DNA of 64,000 nucleotides from Camelus ferus (taxonomy: Eukaryota): NCBI RefSeq assembly GCF_009834535.1, contig NC_045697.1:14696001-14760000 (forward strand), given 5' to 3'. Below, one piece after another: positions 25,325 through 37,020 of this stretch; the stretch's first letter is position 1; every line of letters starts with the position of its first letter. The notes below the pieces were generated by a model. That model searched no databases. It was not told the origin of the DNA and was given only the letters and a program-made list of their open reading frames with translations. Made by a program: the position numbers and the translations under genes.

Positions 25325-25550
25325 TAATTCACTGACCTTCAACTTTTTTAAAAGTGTGATCCACAGAAACATACCTTATGCCATGACCCGCAAAACACTC
25401 TCAAACACAGACACCTTATACAAAAGTTTCACAGAACTTATTCCAGGCATGTACTTAACTTACTATGTGTCATGCATTGTGACAGCTTGTGTTTTATTCC
25501 ATTTTATTAAAAAATGCTAGCTAAGACCTACAATAGGTATTTCAATATAC
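25325..25550 (+). mobile_element. MER113-like hAT-Charlie element (3' tip probably resumes at about 26003-26023)
   Basis: tgtgatccacag...atgacccgca...aaaagtttcacagaa...ttactatgtgtcatgca...ttttattaaaaaatgct. Confidence 0.65.
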
Positions 25551-25559
25551 AAGATTCTG

Positions 25560-26001
25560 CAGGGGAATTTTAATTTTTTTTTGTACTACGGGCACCCTTG
25601 GTGGCCTGGTGGAGCCTGTGGACACCTCAGAAGAATGTGTTTTTGATATATAAAATATAAGACATGAGGTTACAAAGAAAATCAACTCTGTTACAATGCA
25701 GTTATCAAAAATTAAAATGACACATTAGCAACAGGCCTAATAACGACTATAATTTTGAAGCATGAAGAACATGGAGAGTATGTGAGATATCTATAATTGT
25801 AACATGACATGAAAATATTTTAAAGTCTGTTGCTCATGAAGTTACAGAACTACTATTGATAATGTGGCTTCTGCTGTCTACATTTATAATTAAACAAAAT
25901 GCTAACTTTCTGTTAGGGTTAATAGAAACAAAGATGGAATGCATCCAGGTTCATGGACCCTCTGAATGTTCTGACCCACCTATCCCAGGTTAAGGTCCTT
26001 G
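25560..26001 (+). mobile_element. MER119-like hAT-Charlie element
   Basis: cagggg...ctggtggagcctgtggac...gttacaaagaaaatcaa...cagttatcaaaa...gttcatggaccctctgaa...ccaggttaag. Confidence 0.75.
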
Positions 26002-26029
26002 TGCTAATGGCAGTTTGCAAACTGGCTCC

Positions 26030-26470
26030 TGGCTCTCTCTCATTTCCTAGACTCTTATCCTCACATCCTACTCTTAGTCATTTCAGTCTTCTTGCCTTTC
26101 ATCAAACCCTCGGGGCATGCCTCTACCTCGGGGCCTTTGCATTTGCTACACCCTCCTCTGTCTATCCTCTTTTCCAAGGTATTTGTGGCTTGCTTCTTCA
26201 GTGCATTCAGGTCTCTGATCAAATGTCCCTCATCAGAGATCCCACCCTGACTGACAGCCTTAGAAGAGCGCCCCCCCATCACTCTCTGTTCCTTTACACT
26301 GCTTTGTGTTTCTTTACAGCATTCATTTAACGAGCAGTGCATCATAGCACTATTTGCTTATTTGGTTAGTGATTCCCCTGTGTAAGTTCTCTGAGGTAGG
26401 GATTTCTTTGGTTTTACTACATCACAGTGATTGCCATGTTGAGAGTGGTCAGTTAATATCTGTTAAAACA
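26030..26470 (+). mobile_element. L2a 3' fragment
   Basis: cctcgggcctttgcatttgct...cattcaggtctctgatcaaatgtc...tgtaagttctctgaggtagggat. Confidence 0.85.
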
Positions 26471-27454
26471 GATCATTGCAACAGGCTATGATAGGTGCTT
26501 AAATGTGGGGTATATCCAACGTGCTGGGGGCTCAGAGAGGAAGGACAGCTCCTAGGAGAAGATACTGACTGGGTACAGTCTTCATATCATCAGAGACTGG
26601 AGGAAAGGAGAAAATGAATCACTTCAATGGAAGAGACGTTTCGATTTCAATCTAGATAGTCTAAAATCACGTTTAATGAAGATAAATGGCTTTTTCAGTT
26701 GTACCTTAATGGCCTTGATTTTGCATTTTCTCTCTACTCTTTCAGCTCTGCGTGAATTATGGACTTACGGAGGAAGCAACCCAAAGCAGGCGTGTATAAA
26801 TAACAGATGGCAATGTAAATATCACGTAAGGGTTTGGAAAGAAGAATTCCATTAACAAAGAACTGGGCAGGTAGGGTTGGTATAGCATTTGTATTGATAC
26901 AACCACATTACTTTTCATAAGGTAAACTAGATTCATTTTTTCATTAAAACACATTACAACGATTTAAATCCATCAAGAGGGCAATGTAACGTTTGCTTAA
27001 CCTGCAAATCATGGATTCTACTGACATATTCCGTATTCAAAAGGCTTTTCTCCTCATTCAAATTTTTGTATTAACCAGACTTGAGACAGGCGTGGTTTTA
27101 TGCCGATTGAGCATTTCAAGATAAAATGTCAGCGAGTCTTATCTGAAAATGTGAAATCCAGTAAGTTGTATCTGATACTAAAATCAGGAATTGATGTAAT
27201 TTTAATTAGCTTCCAGTTAGTGAGCAAATATTCAATAAATGGTAGTTCAGTTTTCCCTTCAAGATAGGCATTCAGTTGGTGCAAATTCTCCTCTAAGTTA
27301 TGTCCTTTTGTCTGTCAAGAGCACAAATAATACCACGGAGAGGTACGTATGCAGTGAAACTACCTGATGCCATGTACAACACAAAAACCTCATTAGTGCA
27401 TCACTTATTATGTACTAAAAACATGGACATTCAAAGGGTCAGGAAAAGGTAACA

Positions 27455-27665
27455 ATTCTTTCACTCATTTATTCTACTGATGTTGAGATCAAAATAATGC
27501 TGTGTGCTGTGTTTGGTGCTGGAGATATAAAGGGAACTCGGTAGCTAAGGTACCTGTCTCATGGAGTTCACCTTCTAACAAGGGAGTAGATAATAAATAA
27601 GCACAAAGTTAGTGAGTTCAGGTACCTGCAAGTGTTATGAAGACAATAAAACAGATAATAGGATT
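27455..27665 (-). mobile_element. L2 3' fragment
   Basis: ttcactcattt...ggtgctggagatata...cctgtctcatggagttcaccttcta...aagtgttatgaagacaataaaacag. Confidence 0.8.
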
Positions 27666-28274
27666 TGGTCCACATAAATTTTTCAAAGTCCCTTTGAGTA
27701 AAGGCAATCTAATTTAATTATTGGTCCTACCAAGCCCTCATAATTCAACAGTAGCTTCCTCTAGAAGCAAGGAGAACTCCTACACTCCTTTACATTTTCA
27801 GGCCATCTGTAGCAGACAACAGATCCCATGGGAGCAAACACTATTTTTTTTATCCAATCTCTTCCAGCAAGTTACTCATTCCAATAAAATTCTTCACCAG
27901 TAGGATTTCCCAAATGTCATTCACCCCTTCTTGTCTGTTTCTATTGCTTCCCAATCCTTAGCCTCAAGCCCTGTTGATTTGCTTGAGAAATCCCGTGTGA
28001 TAAGATCCACTAGGGAAAGGCTTCCTAGCTTCCATGTAAGTCTGAAAGGCGATTGAACCGGAGAACAGGGACAGCTGGAAGGAAAGCAACTGGGGAATCA
28101 AAGGCTAGAGAGTGAGTGAGAAATCACTCCCTGAGGGGGTTGCCACTTCCAAAATACCTCCCCCACTATTCCTTATAGCTAGCCATCCCTTGAAATATTA
28201 TTGAGACATTTTTCCCTTAAAATTGCACATTTGCTTTAATGTCACAATTTTTCTTGTCAAAGACTACCTGAAGG

Positions 28275-28900
28275 AAATAACAAGAGATGCAATCGAGTAT
28301 TTATCCATAAGGATGTTCAGCTCATTGTTATATGATTGAAAAATTGAAGATAACCAGCAAGGATCTACTGTATAGCACAGAGAACTATATTCAATTTCTT
28401 GTAGTAACATATAATGGAAAAGAATCTGAAAATAAAATATATATGTATGTATATGTATAACTGAATCACTTTGCTGTGCACCTGTAACTAACAGTGTAAA
28501 TCAACTACACTTCAATAAAATTTTTTTTAAAAATTAAAAATAAGAACCTAAATAGGCCAACATAAGGAACTGGTTAGATACATTAATGCATATCCTTACT
28601 TGCTTATGTATGTGGATTTCTACAGAGCTTTTACAAATGATATCGCAGAATATTTAACAAGGATGTATTGTTGATTAAAAAAGAGGTGAAAAAAAGCAGT
28701 TTATATACAACATATGCAGTGCAATCCAGATTATGCATGTGTTCACAGAAAAATTACTTAGTATATGTATCACTGAAAGTTAATAGTGGTAATTTGGGTA
28801 GTTAAAAAAAAAAACAAACCTCTTTAGTTATGCTTTTCCAAAGATTTTTCAAAATTTTCTACAGCCAACATGAGTTAGCTTTTATGATCAGAAAAATTTG
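28275..28900 (+). mobile_element. Old L1ME-like 3' fragment interrupted by a younger L1
   Basis: aaggatgttca...aaaaattg | aacctaaataggccaacataagg...ggttagatacatta...ttttcaaaattttctaca. Confidence 0.65.
28349..28540 (+). mobile_element. 5'-truncated cetartiodactyl-type L1 3' end with A-rich tail
   Basis: gataaccagcaaggatctactgtatagcacagagaactatattcaa...ataactgaatcactttgctgt...tgtaaatcaactacacttcaataaaa; candidate TSD aaaaattgaa/aaaaattaaa. Confidence 0.9.
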
Positions 28901-29479
28901 TTATTTGGTCGAAGACCCTCCTTTTGAGTGGTGAACACATCTTGAAGAGGCAACAGGTTCATCTTTGACAATTAAGTGGGGCTTGTAGCTGGGTCTCTGG
29001 GTTAAAAAAGGTGCAGACTAACAGCAGAGCACAGAGTGGAGCTTGTTACAAGCTATCGTCTTTGCAGACAAATGAGCCAGATGGGGTGCGAGGAGCTCTG
29101 CTAAAAAACAACAGGAATAGATCACAGAGGCCTTGGGAATCAGCCGATGGGGCCTGTCTCACATTGTGAGGAGATTCACTGGGCAGCATGTGTCACTCTC
29201 CGAGTGGGGCTGAGGCTCTATGTCTGCTTTGCATCATCTGGTTTTGTTTTAAGCTCCACAGCAGGCCTTGAGGTACTGACTAGAGTCTGCTGGCTGAGCT
29301 CTAGGCTTCCCACCATGGATTCCTTACAAGAGAGGGCTCAAGGCATTCAGCCACTCAGACTGCAGTATGGCCCTGGGTGCCATGGCAGGGTGGAGGGGTG
29401 GCTTCCCTACCACCTCTTGGGATTGTTGGAAGGGCCAGAGAAAGGGGAAGTGCTTTTCTGAATATATATTATACATCAC

Positions 29480-29803
29480 AATCCCCTTTGATCTTTCTTC
29501 CCCTTCTGGGACCCCTATTATGTGAAGATTGGCACGCTTTATACTATCCCATAGGTCCCTTATGTTGCTTTCATTTATTTTTATTTGTTTATCTTGCAGT
29601 TGTTCTGATAGGGTGCTTTTCTGTTGTCCTGTCTTCTAGGTCACTAATTTGTTTCTCTGCATTATCTATTCTGCTTTGCACAGCCTTTAGATCTGTTCTC
29701 ATCTCAGCCAATGAGTTTACCAATTCTACTCGGCTCTTCTTTATAGCTTCAATTTCATTTTTAACATATTTTATATCTCTAAACGCTATATCTTTTAGTT
29801 CCA
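29480..29803 (-). mobile_element. Isolated L1 ORF1 internal fragment (coiled-coil to start of RRM), one frameshift
   Basis: Translates ELKDIAFRDIKYVKNEIEAIKKSRVELVNSLAEMRTDLKAVQSRIDNAEKQISDLEDR, then after a frameshift STLSEQLQDKQIKINESNIRDLWDSIKRANLHIIGVPEGEERSKGI (ORF1p signature). Confidence 0.93.
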
Positions 29804-29844
29804 AATGACTAACCAAATGATCCTATGTAATAAAAAGCTTTGCA

Positions 29845-30050
29845 ATTTGTGAACACTTCACTTGGGTGAGAACATGAGCAAATATTATATTGTTCTTGAG
29901 ACTCTGTCTCTGTGGTATCATCTGTAAATGGGATAATAATTGTACCCAGATTGGTACAGTGACTGAATGTGTCCATGTATCTAAAATACTAAGCAGAGTG
30001 TCTAACGTATGTTAGTACTTATTGTTAGTTATTATTATTATTACTATTAC
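29845..30050 (+). mobile_element. MIR with (TAT)n tail
   Basis: tcatctgtaaatgggataataattgtacc...tgtatctaaaatactaagcagagtgtct...tattattattatt. Confidence 0.75.
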
Positions 30051-31879
30051 TGTTGTCAACATCAATGTCATAGCCATTACTCTCCATGAATTTGACACTC
30101 TTCTCAGGGTGATTCATGGAAGTAGCTGGTACTTCCTTCATATGTATTTAATCTCTGAACAAAAATAACTGCTTCATAATAGAGACTCTTCTTTATAAGA
30201 TAGCTTTGCTAATTTTTGGTGATCATTAAAAGTACAATGATGATTTAAAAACAGCCTTTAGTCATTTCAAGACCTTTCATAGAATAGCTCTGCATATGGA
30301 CCAAAAAGTTATTATTAATGTTTAGAGATAGAAATGATGAAAGAAATTTTTGTTTCTGTGCAAATATCTTTACTCACAATTATTAAGCAAATGACATTAT
30401 GCATTAAAGCTGCAAAGGATCCTAAGAATGTAGGTTGGTGCCCTCATAACAGGGTCTCATCCCAATGCATCACAGAGTGTTTGGAACCTGGAAGTCTCAA
30501 AGTTCGAGGGGGCCATGGAAGTCATCTGTAAGCTTATATGAGCTTTGCATGAATAACTCCAGGAACTAGAAACTCTCCACCTGTAATTATCAGGTGACTT
30601 AAATAGTTTCTGCACTGCAGGAAACAACAAACAAGCCAAAACAATAAATCCCTTACTTACTCTGGCCCTTCAGTAACTGGTTTAATAAACCAGTTCATAT
30701 CTTTTTTTCATTGTTGAACATAGTATTACTGACGATTACAGAATCTAAATCAAAACAAAAACCCTGTTCTTTAGAATGCTTATTGCATGAATTGCTGGAA
30801 GTCTTGCTGGTTGGAGAAAATCACTAGTCAGCTTATTGAGAAAATTACATGTGCCAAGACTCATAGGCAAGAAGTGTAGGTTTTCCTGCAGAATTACTAA
30901 ATTCACTGAGATTGGGAGAGCTTTAGCAAGTTGTAGCAAACATGGGTAAATTGTCAGTGAGACAACCACTAGCCAAAATGGCTTTCCAGAGGAGGAAGAA
31001 ACTTTGCATTGGCCCATTTAGTTAGCTCAAAATTTTAATAAAAAGGTCATTTTCATTTTTCATTCATTTTCCTTAATTGTGGAAGATTAACAAATGCTCG
31101 CAAATACTTTACTTTCATACCATTTTTCACCAAAACCAGGCTGTAGATGGCTAAAGATCAAAGTCATTCCTAAAATAGCTTCTCTGTAAACAGTTCAATA
31201 ATTTAAATACTTTATTTTTGCTTTTTGGATAGATGAATGTTTACCAGCCATAATGCTGTTTCACAATGACAGAAATCCTACGTTTATACCAGTAGAAAAA
31301 AAGTAATTTTGGAAGAAGCCATTTGCAATTGGCTATGGATCTATTCTATTTATAGTATTTAATACAAACACACAAATCCCACAGAGAGGAAAATGTCTTT
31401 CCAGTTGAATTCTCTATCAAACTGAGACCTAGAATGTTAATTCTGCACCAGTGTTGATGAGTTCTGATTCTAAAAATATTCCTTTTAATGCATCACCAAA
31501 TACTTAAGTTTGAGGTTAGCTGAAACTATTAGAATATTTTTCAACTTTTATAACAAATGCTTTATTAAAATGCACATTTAAATGAGACGCATCTCTGAGA
31601 CCTGATTCCTTAAGTTGCTAAGTCCTCAATAACAATAATTAAAGCTTCCATCTCATTACTAATAAAATGACAAATTGAATATCGTTTATGTGCTACTTAA
31701 ATTAAAATTCATTTTAGAAAAAAATCTTGAATTTTACTGAATCAGAAGTCAACACAGATTGATAATTTGCTCAAACCTAATACATCTATTTCCAACATAC
31801 AGATAAAATAGATAGAAAGAGAAACAAATTCCTTTATATTCAATATGAATAAAAATCCAGGGTACTGCCATTGATGGGA

Positions 31880-32040
31880 TGACAGTCAGTCTCAAATCTT
31901 ACCTTTAGGACTTACAAACCACTTGACCTATGACTGCTTTATTCACCTCAGTTTTCTTTTTTATTAAATGTAGCTACTAATACTGTCTTATTAGATTTCT
32001 ACGAGGTTAAAATGAGAAAGCAGATGCGTTTTCTAGGCAA
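31880..32040 (+). mobile_element. MIR fragment
   Basis: cctcagttttct...aggttaaaatgaga. Confidence 0.55.
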
Positions 32041-32536
32041 TGAGGAGTAGATGGGTTTCTGGAGGCTTACTCCACTTTCCGGCCATCGCTGACTGCCCTG
32101 ACCACATCGCATCCGCCCCCTGTACACTCCTTATCATGGCACTTGGAAGAATTATAATTGCACGTTTGTCTCTATTCACTTCTAATTTGGGTGAGCAGAT
32201 AGGAACCTCAGATTCAAGGAGCTATGCCTATAAGCTCTATGAACGCAGTATTTCACTTTGCTTTTGTCTTTGTTTTGGTTCATTATTTTTGCTCATGTTT
32301 ATATATTCCATGTTTTCACAATGACTTTCACAGAGAAGGAGCTTAACAAACATCTGTGGAGTGAACAAACACACAAAATCCCTGTAAATCACGTGTGATA
32401 AGCTTATATGGGAGGAATCATATCTAAGACTAATAGTCAGGGTCAGATAAGAAAGAGTAGTCAGTCAGACTTGGAACTGGAAATCCAAGAGGCACAACTG
32501 AGACCACACCAAGAATGAGAGCACCTGAGGGAACCA

Positions 32537-33020
32537 CGTGGCAGACAGGTGCGTCAGGTGGCCCTCCATGCCTCCCACCTGCTGAATTTCGTATCTTTGT
32601 GTAATCGTCTCCCCTGAGCTTGGGTAGCACCTGTGACTTGATTCTAACCAAGGGAATTTGGCAACGGTGATGCAATGTGCTTGATTACATTATTTAACAC
32701 TGCAGTGTCTGGGTTGCAAGTTTCTCTCTCTCTTTCTCTCTTACTGATTTTGAAGAAGCAAGCTGCCATGAATTCTACAGTCACAAGGAATTGAATGCAG
32801 CCAACAAACATATAAGCAGTGAAACAGATCCCTCCTTCATCAAACCACCAGATGAGAGCCCACTCCTGGCCAACATCTGGATTCCCACCTTGTGAGACCC
32901 TAACCACAGGACACCTCCAAGCTGTGTGCAGACCCACAACAACTGTGACATAATAAATGCAGTGGTTTAAGCCACCAAATTTGTCTTACTTTGTTACACA
33001 GCAATAGAAAACTAATACTA
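32537..33020 (+). mobile_element. MLT1E/F-like MaLR solo LTR
   Basis: gtggcagac...ttgtgtaatcgtctcccctgag...ttgaagaagcaagctgccatg...ccagatgaga...ttgtgagaccct...tttaagccaccaaattt...cagcaatagaaaactaatac; TSD-like aacca/aacaa. Confidence 0.88.
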
Positions 33021-34704
33021 AACAATCAATCTTAAGATATAGAAGCAAAGAAGAGACAAAACAAAAGGTTCGAAGATGTGCAGGTACAGAAAAGAGTGTT
33101 CATATAAGATTTTTCTAAAGCTGTGAAGTGTTCATGAAGTGATACCTTCATAAGATCAGATGCAACCTGTCTCCAAAAGGCCAGACCTTGGGGCCATGGG
33201 GGACACTAATGCAACATTAGTTGCAATTTTCCTGTGAACTGCATAACACAATTCTGTTTCACAGTCACAACCTTGTACTCTGCCTCAAACAAATGTATTA
33301 AAATATGTGGCTTGATCGTAAGAGATGAACAAAGATTAGTGTAAATCTTTTATCACTAATGACAAAAGCTATAGTATGCATCACTTTGAGATCCAAAAAT
33401 AACACACAGCTGAGATGTCACTCACAAGTAGTAATATTTTATCTACTGATATTGTGAATTATTACATAAAAACCAGCAAAGGGAACACAAGGATAGAAGT
33501 TTTCCAAATATCCTGAGGAGGTTCCTTACTGAAGAGGAAGTGTTGCTGTATGTGGCAGAAATCTCATAACTAGATAGAAGTATCATATAAATAAAGTAGA
33601 AGGATTTATTCCAGCTAAGGAAGTTACAGCTCTGTGGGACACCATAGTTAATTCTGCTGCACATGAGGAAGACTGGGGATTCAGATTCTCCCAGTCTGCG
33701 TGTGGGCCACAGTCACCCTTGCTGATGTCTGTCATCCAGGGATGTGCACACGCATAGAGCATCAACTCAAGGGAGGCCCTTTTCTACACACAAGTGACAG
33801 AAGCTCGTAGCCCTGGCTTGCTGGAAGTTCTCTGCTTTCAAACATCCTAGTTCCCTCTCTCCCAAAGGGCCCAGAAGGCAGGATGCTTGGCAACGTTGAT
33901 CTTAGCTGCCCCCACCTCATTCCAAAGTGGAAGAGGTGAAGACCTCTCTCTCCAAATACTTCCAAGCCTAAGCTGATTTTGTTAATTAGAGTTTCGTTTC
34001 GGAACATTTGTCACTTGAGGCATCCTGCAAAATACATGCGAGTGCTAAAACAAAATGTTTGAAGACATAATGCTTAACATCATTGGAGCTCCATCAACTG
34101 TTTAGGCCACACAGTTGTCATGAGTTTTTTTGTTTTGTTTTGTTTTCCTATTGATGCTATTTTTGCTTTCCTTCTTTCACTCAAGTGGCAGACAGCTATG
34201 ATGCACCTACTTCTTGATGGGCACCGTGTTAGCCTTTGGGAGATTGGTGGGGAGAAGCATATTGCAAACACTTTATTCTCATAAAATAATAATGCAGGGT
34301 CCACAGGTTTATTGCAACAGATCCATTGGGTTTTAAAAATATATATTGTAAAAGTTGAAAAATGAAAAGAAAATTAGTTCTTTAGGGAAAAAGGAATGTA
34401 AAATTAGAACTAATTTTTTTATACAATCACGAATAGCTGAAGTTCTATTCTTAAGTGAAACACAGACCCACAACAATTACCATTTAAAATGCAATTATGA
34501 AAATATATAACAAGTAATTTCCCATTTCTTTTTATCTTTCATCTAAGTTTCTCCACATTATTTATAAATTAGTTCTTGCAGGGACCCCAGGAGATAAGGA
34601 TGATATTACTAGTATTCTGGTTATACAGACTTCAGGAGCTTACTCCAAGTCAGTGAAGTTGAGTTTAAAATAGGGATAAAATGAATAAGAGAGATTAGGT
34701 ATTT

Positions 34705-34850
34705 CATTGGCTCCAAGAACTTTAAAATTGGAAGAGCCCTAATCCAACCTTTATATTATATATTAAATAAGACCAGGAGGATGAATGACTTGCTATAAAG
34801 TCACACAGCTATCACCGACGGGTCCAGTTTCTAAACCATCCCACATTCTA
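34705..34850 (-). mobile_element. MIR3-like fragment
   Basis: aattggaagagccctaatccaacct...gaatgacttgctataaagtcacacagcta. Confidence 0.6.
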
Positions 34851-35157
34851 TTTCCTATTTCCCCAGTCAGCCATTCCTTACCAATTATTCCCTAACTGTG
34901 CAGAACTAAGTTCTGTGCAAGATGCTGTGATTTTGTGAGCCAGAAATATGGTTCTTGCTCATTAGAACTCTTCAGTCTATTGGAGGGTGCAATAAAGAGT
35001 TAAAAATGTTGGGACAGAACTGCAGGGACCGACAGGAGCTGGAAGAGGTTAGGTGTCATCCTGGTGTTTTCCTCTAGAAGTCAGTCCCAATAGCATGGAG
35101 AGGAAAGGTGCAGCCAAAGGACACTGACAGCAGGATGATACATGCAGAAACTCTGAA

Positions 35158-35385
35158 GTGGCCCAGACACTCACATGCCTGCAGGGGCTGAGAAGTTCAG
35201 ACAAAAGGGTGAGCCCTGCATGGTGAGAGTGCCTATGTAACGCTGTGATGACAAGGGTGGTGACTGGTCGCCAGAGGCTGCGTGCCCCACTTAAAAGCGG
35301 GCAGCCCTCCTCGGACCTGCCTTAATATTCCCTTGCGTCCGTGAGCCCAGAGCTGCTGAAATGTTGTGAAATTTCCTGAAGCTCT
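35158..35385 (+). mobile_element. MER102-like hAT-Charlie fragment
   Basis: cactcacatgcctgcaggggc...ggtggtgactgg...gtgccccacttaaaagcgggcagcc...gagcccag...tgtgaaatttcc. Confidence 0.7.
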
Positions 35386-35811
35386 TAACTTCGCTGCTGC
35401 CCTCATAGGAGCAGAGCTAGAACAAGTTCAGTTTAGCCAATTAGCAAACACAGTATATGAAGAACATCTTTAAAATGATTTGTGCTTAAATTCACTCCTC
35501 ATCCCTGGAGATCTCTGCATAGACTCATTAACTGGATTTTTTTTCCCCCAAATACCTGGTTGTTCGCTAGTGATTGCCAACACAGCCCAAAGCCTTAATA
35601 AATGAGGACTTTCCAAATGCTGCGTTTTTGTATCCAGCCAAGTGGCATGGTAAGGTTATATGTGAATTTATGTCCTTCTCGCTTTTAGAGAAGGGTTTGA
35701 GTATTCAATTTACCATCTGGGATTAATCTATCCTTATTACAGTGGTAAAGGAGCCCATTTCTACAAGCGGGGTGCTCAGCAGTTCTTGATATCATGTACC
35801 ATTCTGACAAG

Positions 35812-36030
35812 CTTAATGCAGGTCAGGCACAGCACACGGGCTTCAAATACAGTATCTCATTTATCCAAATAGTCACTCTGTGGGATAGGTACTATTACTG
35901 TTCAGATTCATCTGGAAAACTGAGGTTCAAACAGGTTAAACAACTTTTAAAGTCACACATCCATTAGGTAGCTGAGTATGATTGGAAGATGGTTATAATA
36001 ATCTTAAAGGCAATACTTTTGCTATCGTAT
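35812..36030 (-). mobile_element. MIR
   Basis: tatctcatttatcc...ataggtactatta...gaaaactgaggttcaaacaggttaaacaactt...aagtcacac. Confidence 0.8.
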
Positions 36031-36289
36031 TTCCCTATGATGCCAACACAAATGGTCAACTAGTGAAAAATTTAGGAAGTACCACATACTTTCCCTCTAC
36101 AATAGTTGAACAAATCGAAGCACACATTTTACCTTCAATTTAGACCATAAAATCATATTTTCTTTTGAGTCTAGAGTAGAAATGTCTAGATTTCCTGATA
36201 TCTTGTATTCAGAGGCCAACCAATAGGAAGAGGCTAACTTTCAGTCCTTGGGGTAATTATGTTATTTTACTGGGTATCCCACCATTGTG

Positions 36290-36348
36290 ATAATATATAC
36301 ATATATATGTGTGTATGTGTGGTAATATATGCATATATATATATATAG
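36290..36348. repeat. (TA)n/(TG)n low-complexity repeat
   Basis: Directly visible. Confidence 0.8.
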
Positions 36349-36519
36349 CAGATCTGGAAAACAGAAAACTAACAGGAATAGAAGCCTTTAATTTGAAATG
36401 GAAGTATCGAAGTTCAAAGCAGCAGTTCCTTTCATTATGAATTAGGGACGGCGTTGGAGATGCCTTGGGTTGGAGTAGGATGAAGTATGTATGTCAGTGC
36501 TGAGTGTCTCCTTCCAACC

Positions 36520-37020
36520 TTGCAAGCAGACTAAGTTTCAAACACTTGCTCCATATCCTGCTAACTTTGTGAACTGTGACAAATAATAATCTTTTCAAGC
36601 TTTATTTTCTTGACCTTGTAAAGATGGGTGAAAACATTAAATGAAATGTGTTAAGAACAGAGTAGGTTCCCACAAATACTTCCTCCCTTTACTCTTCCCT
36701 TTATTGTTTCTCTGCTCATAGAAGATTTCCCAAGAATGGGGACTGGGGACAATTCTCCTATGGTTAACTAACCACAGCGGCCCCAGAGATGTATCCAGTT
36801 GAAGAGGATAATGGTGAATGCTTCTTATGTATTAGACCCTGTGCCAAGTCCAAGAATGGACTTGCATGTCCAATAATAAATAACCCTTCTAGCAATTTTG
36901 TGAGAGAGTTGCTGTAATTTTAACCATTTCACAGTGAAATTGAACTACAGAGAGATTACATGATTTGTCCCACATTAACTTGTCTAATAAATTGTAGTGT
37001 CTGAATATGAACTTGTTTCT
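36520..37020. mobile_element. Two degenerate MIRs: + (about 36520-36680) and - (about 36810-37020)
   Basis: ctaagtttcaaa...tgtgaactgtgacaa...tgtaaagatggg; and ccatttcacagtgaaattgaactacagagagatta...tgatttgtccca. Confidence 0.55.

Noticed and set aside
27079..27125. LETGVVLCRL resembles a calponin-homology domain motif
   Set aside because: An in-frame stop follows four codons later, and there is no other CH-domain sequence.
33490..33690. Frame reading …FLTEEEVLLYVAEI… then …LCGTP… and DW, reminiscent of an AGC kinase pseudogene
   Set aside because: There are no HRD/YRDLKPEN or DFG motifs, the spacing between motifs is far too short, and there are several stops. A blastx would settle it, but chance is more likely.
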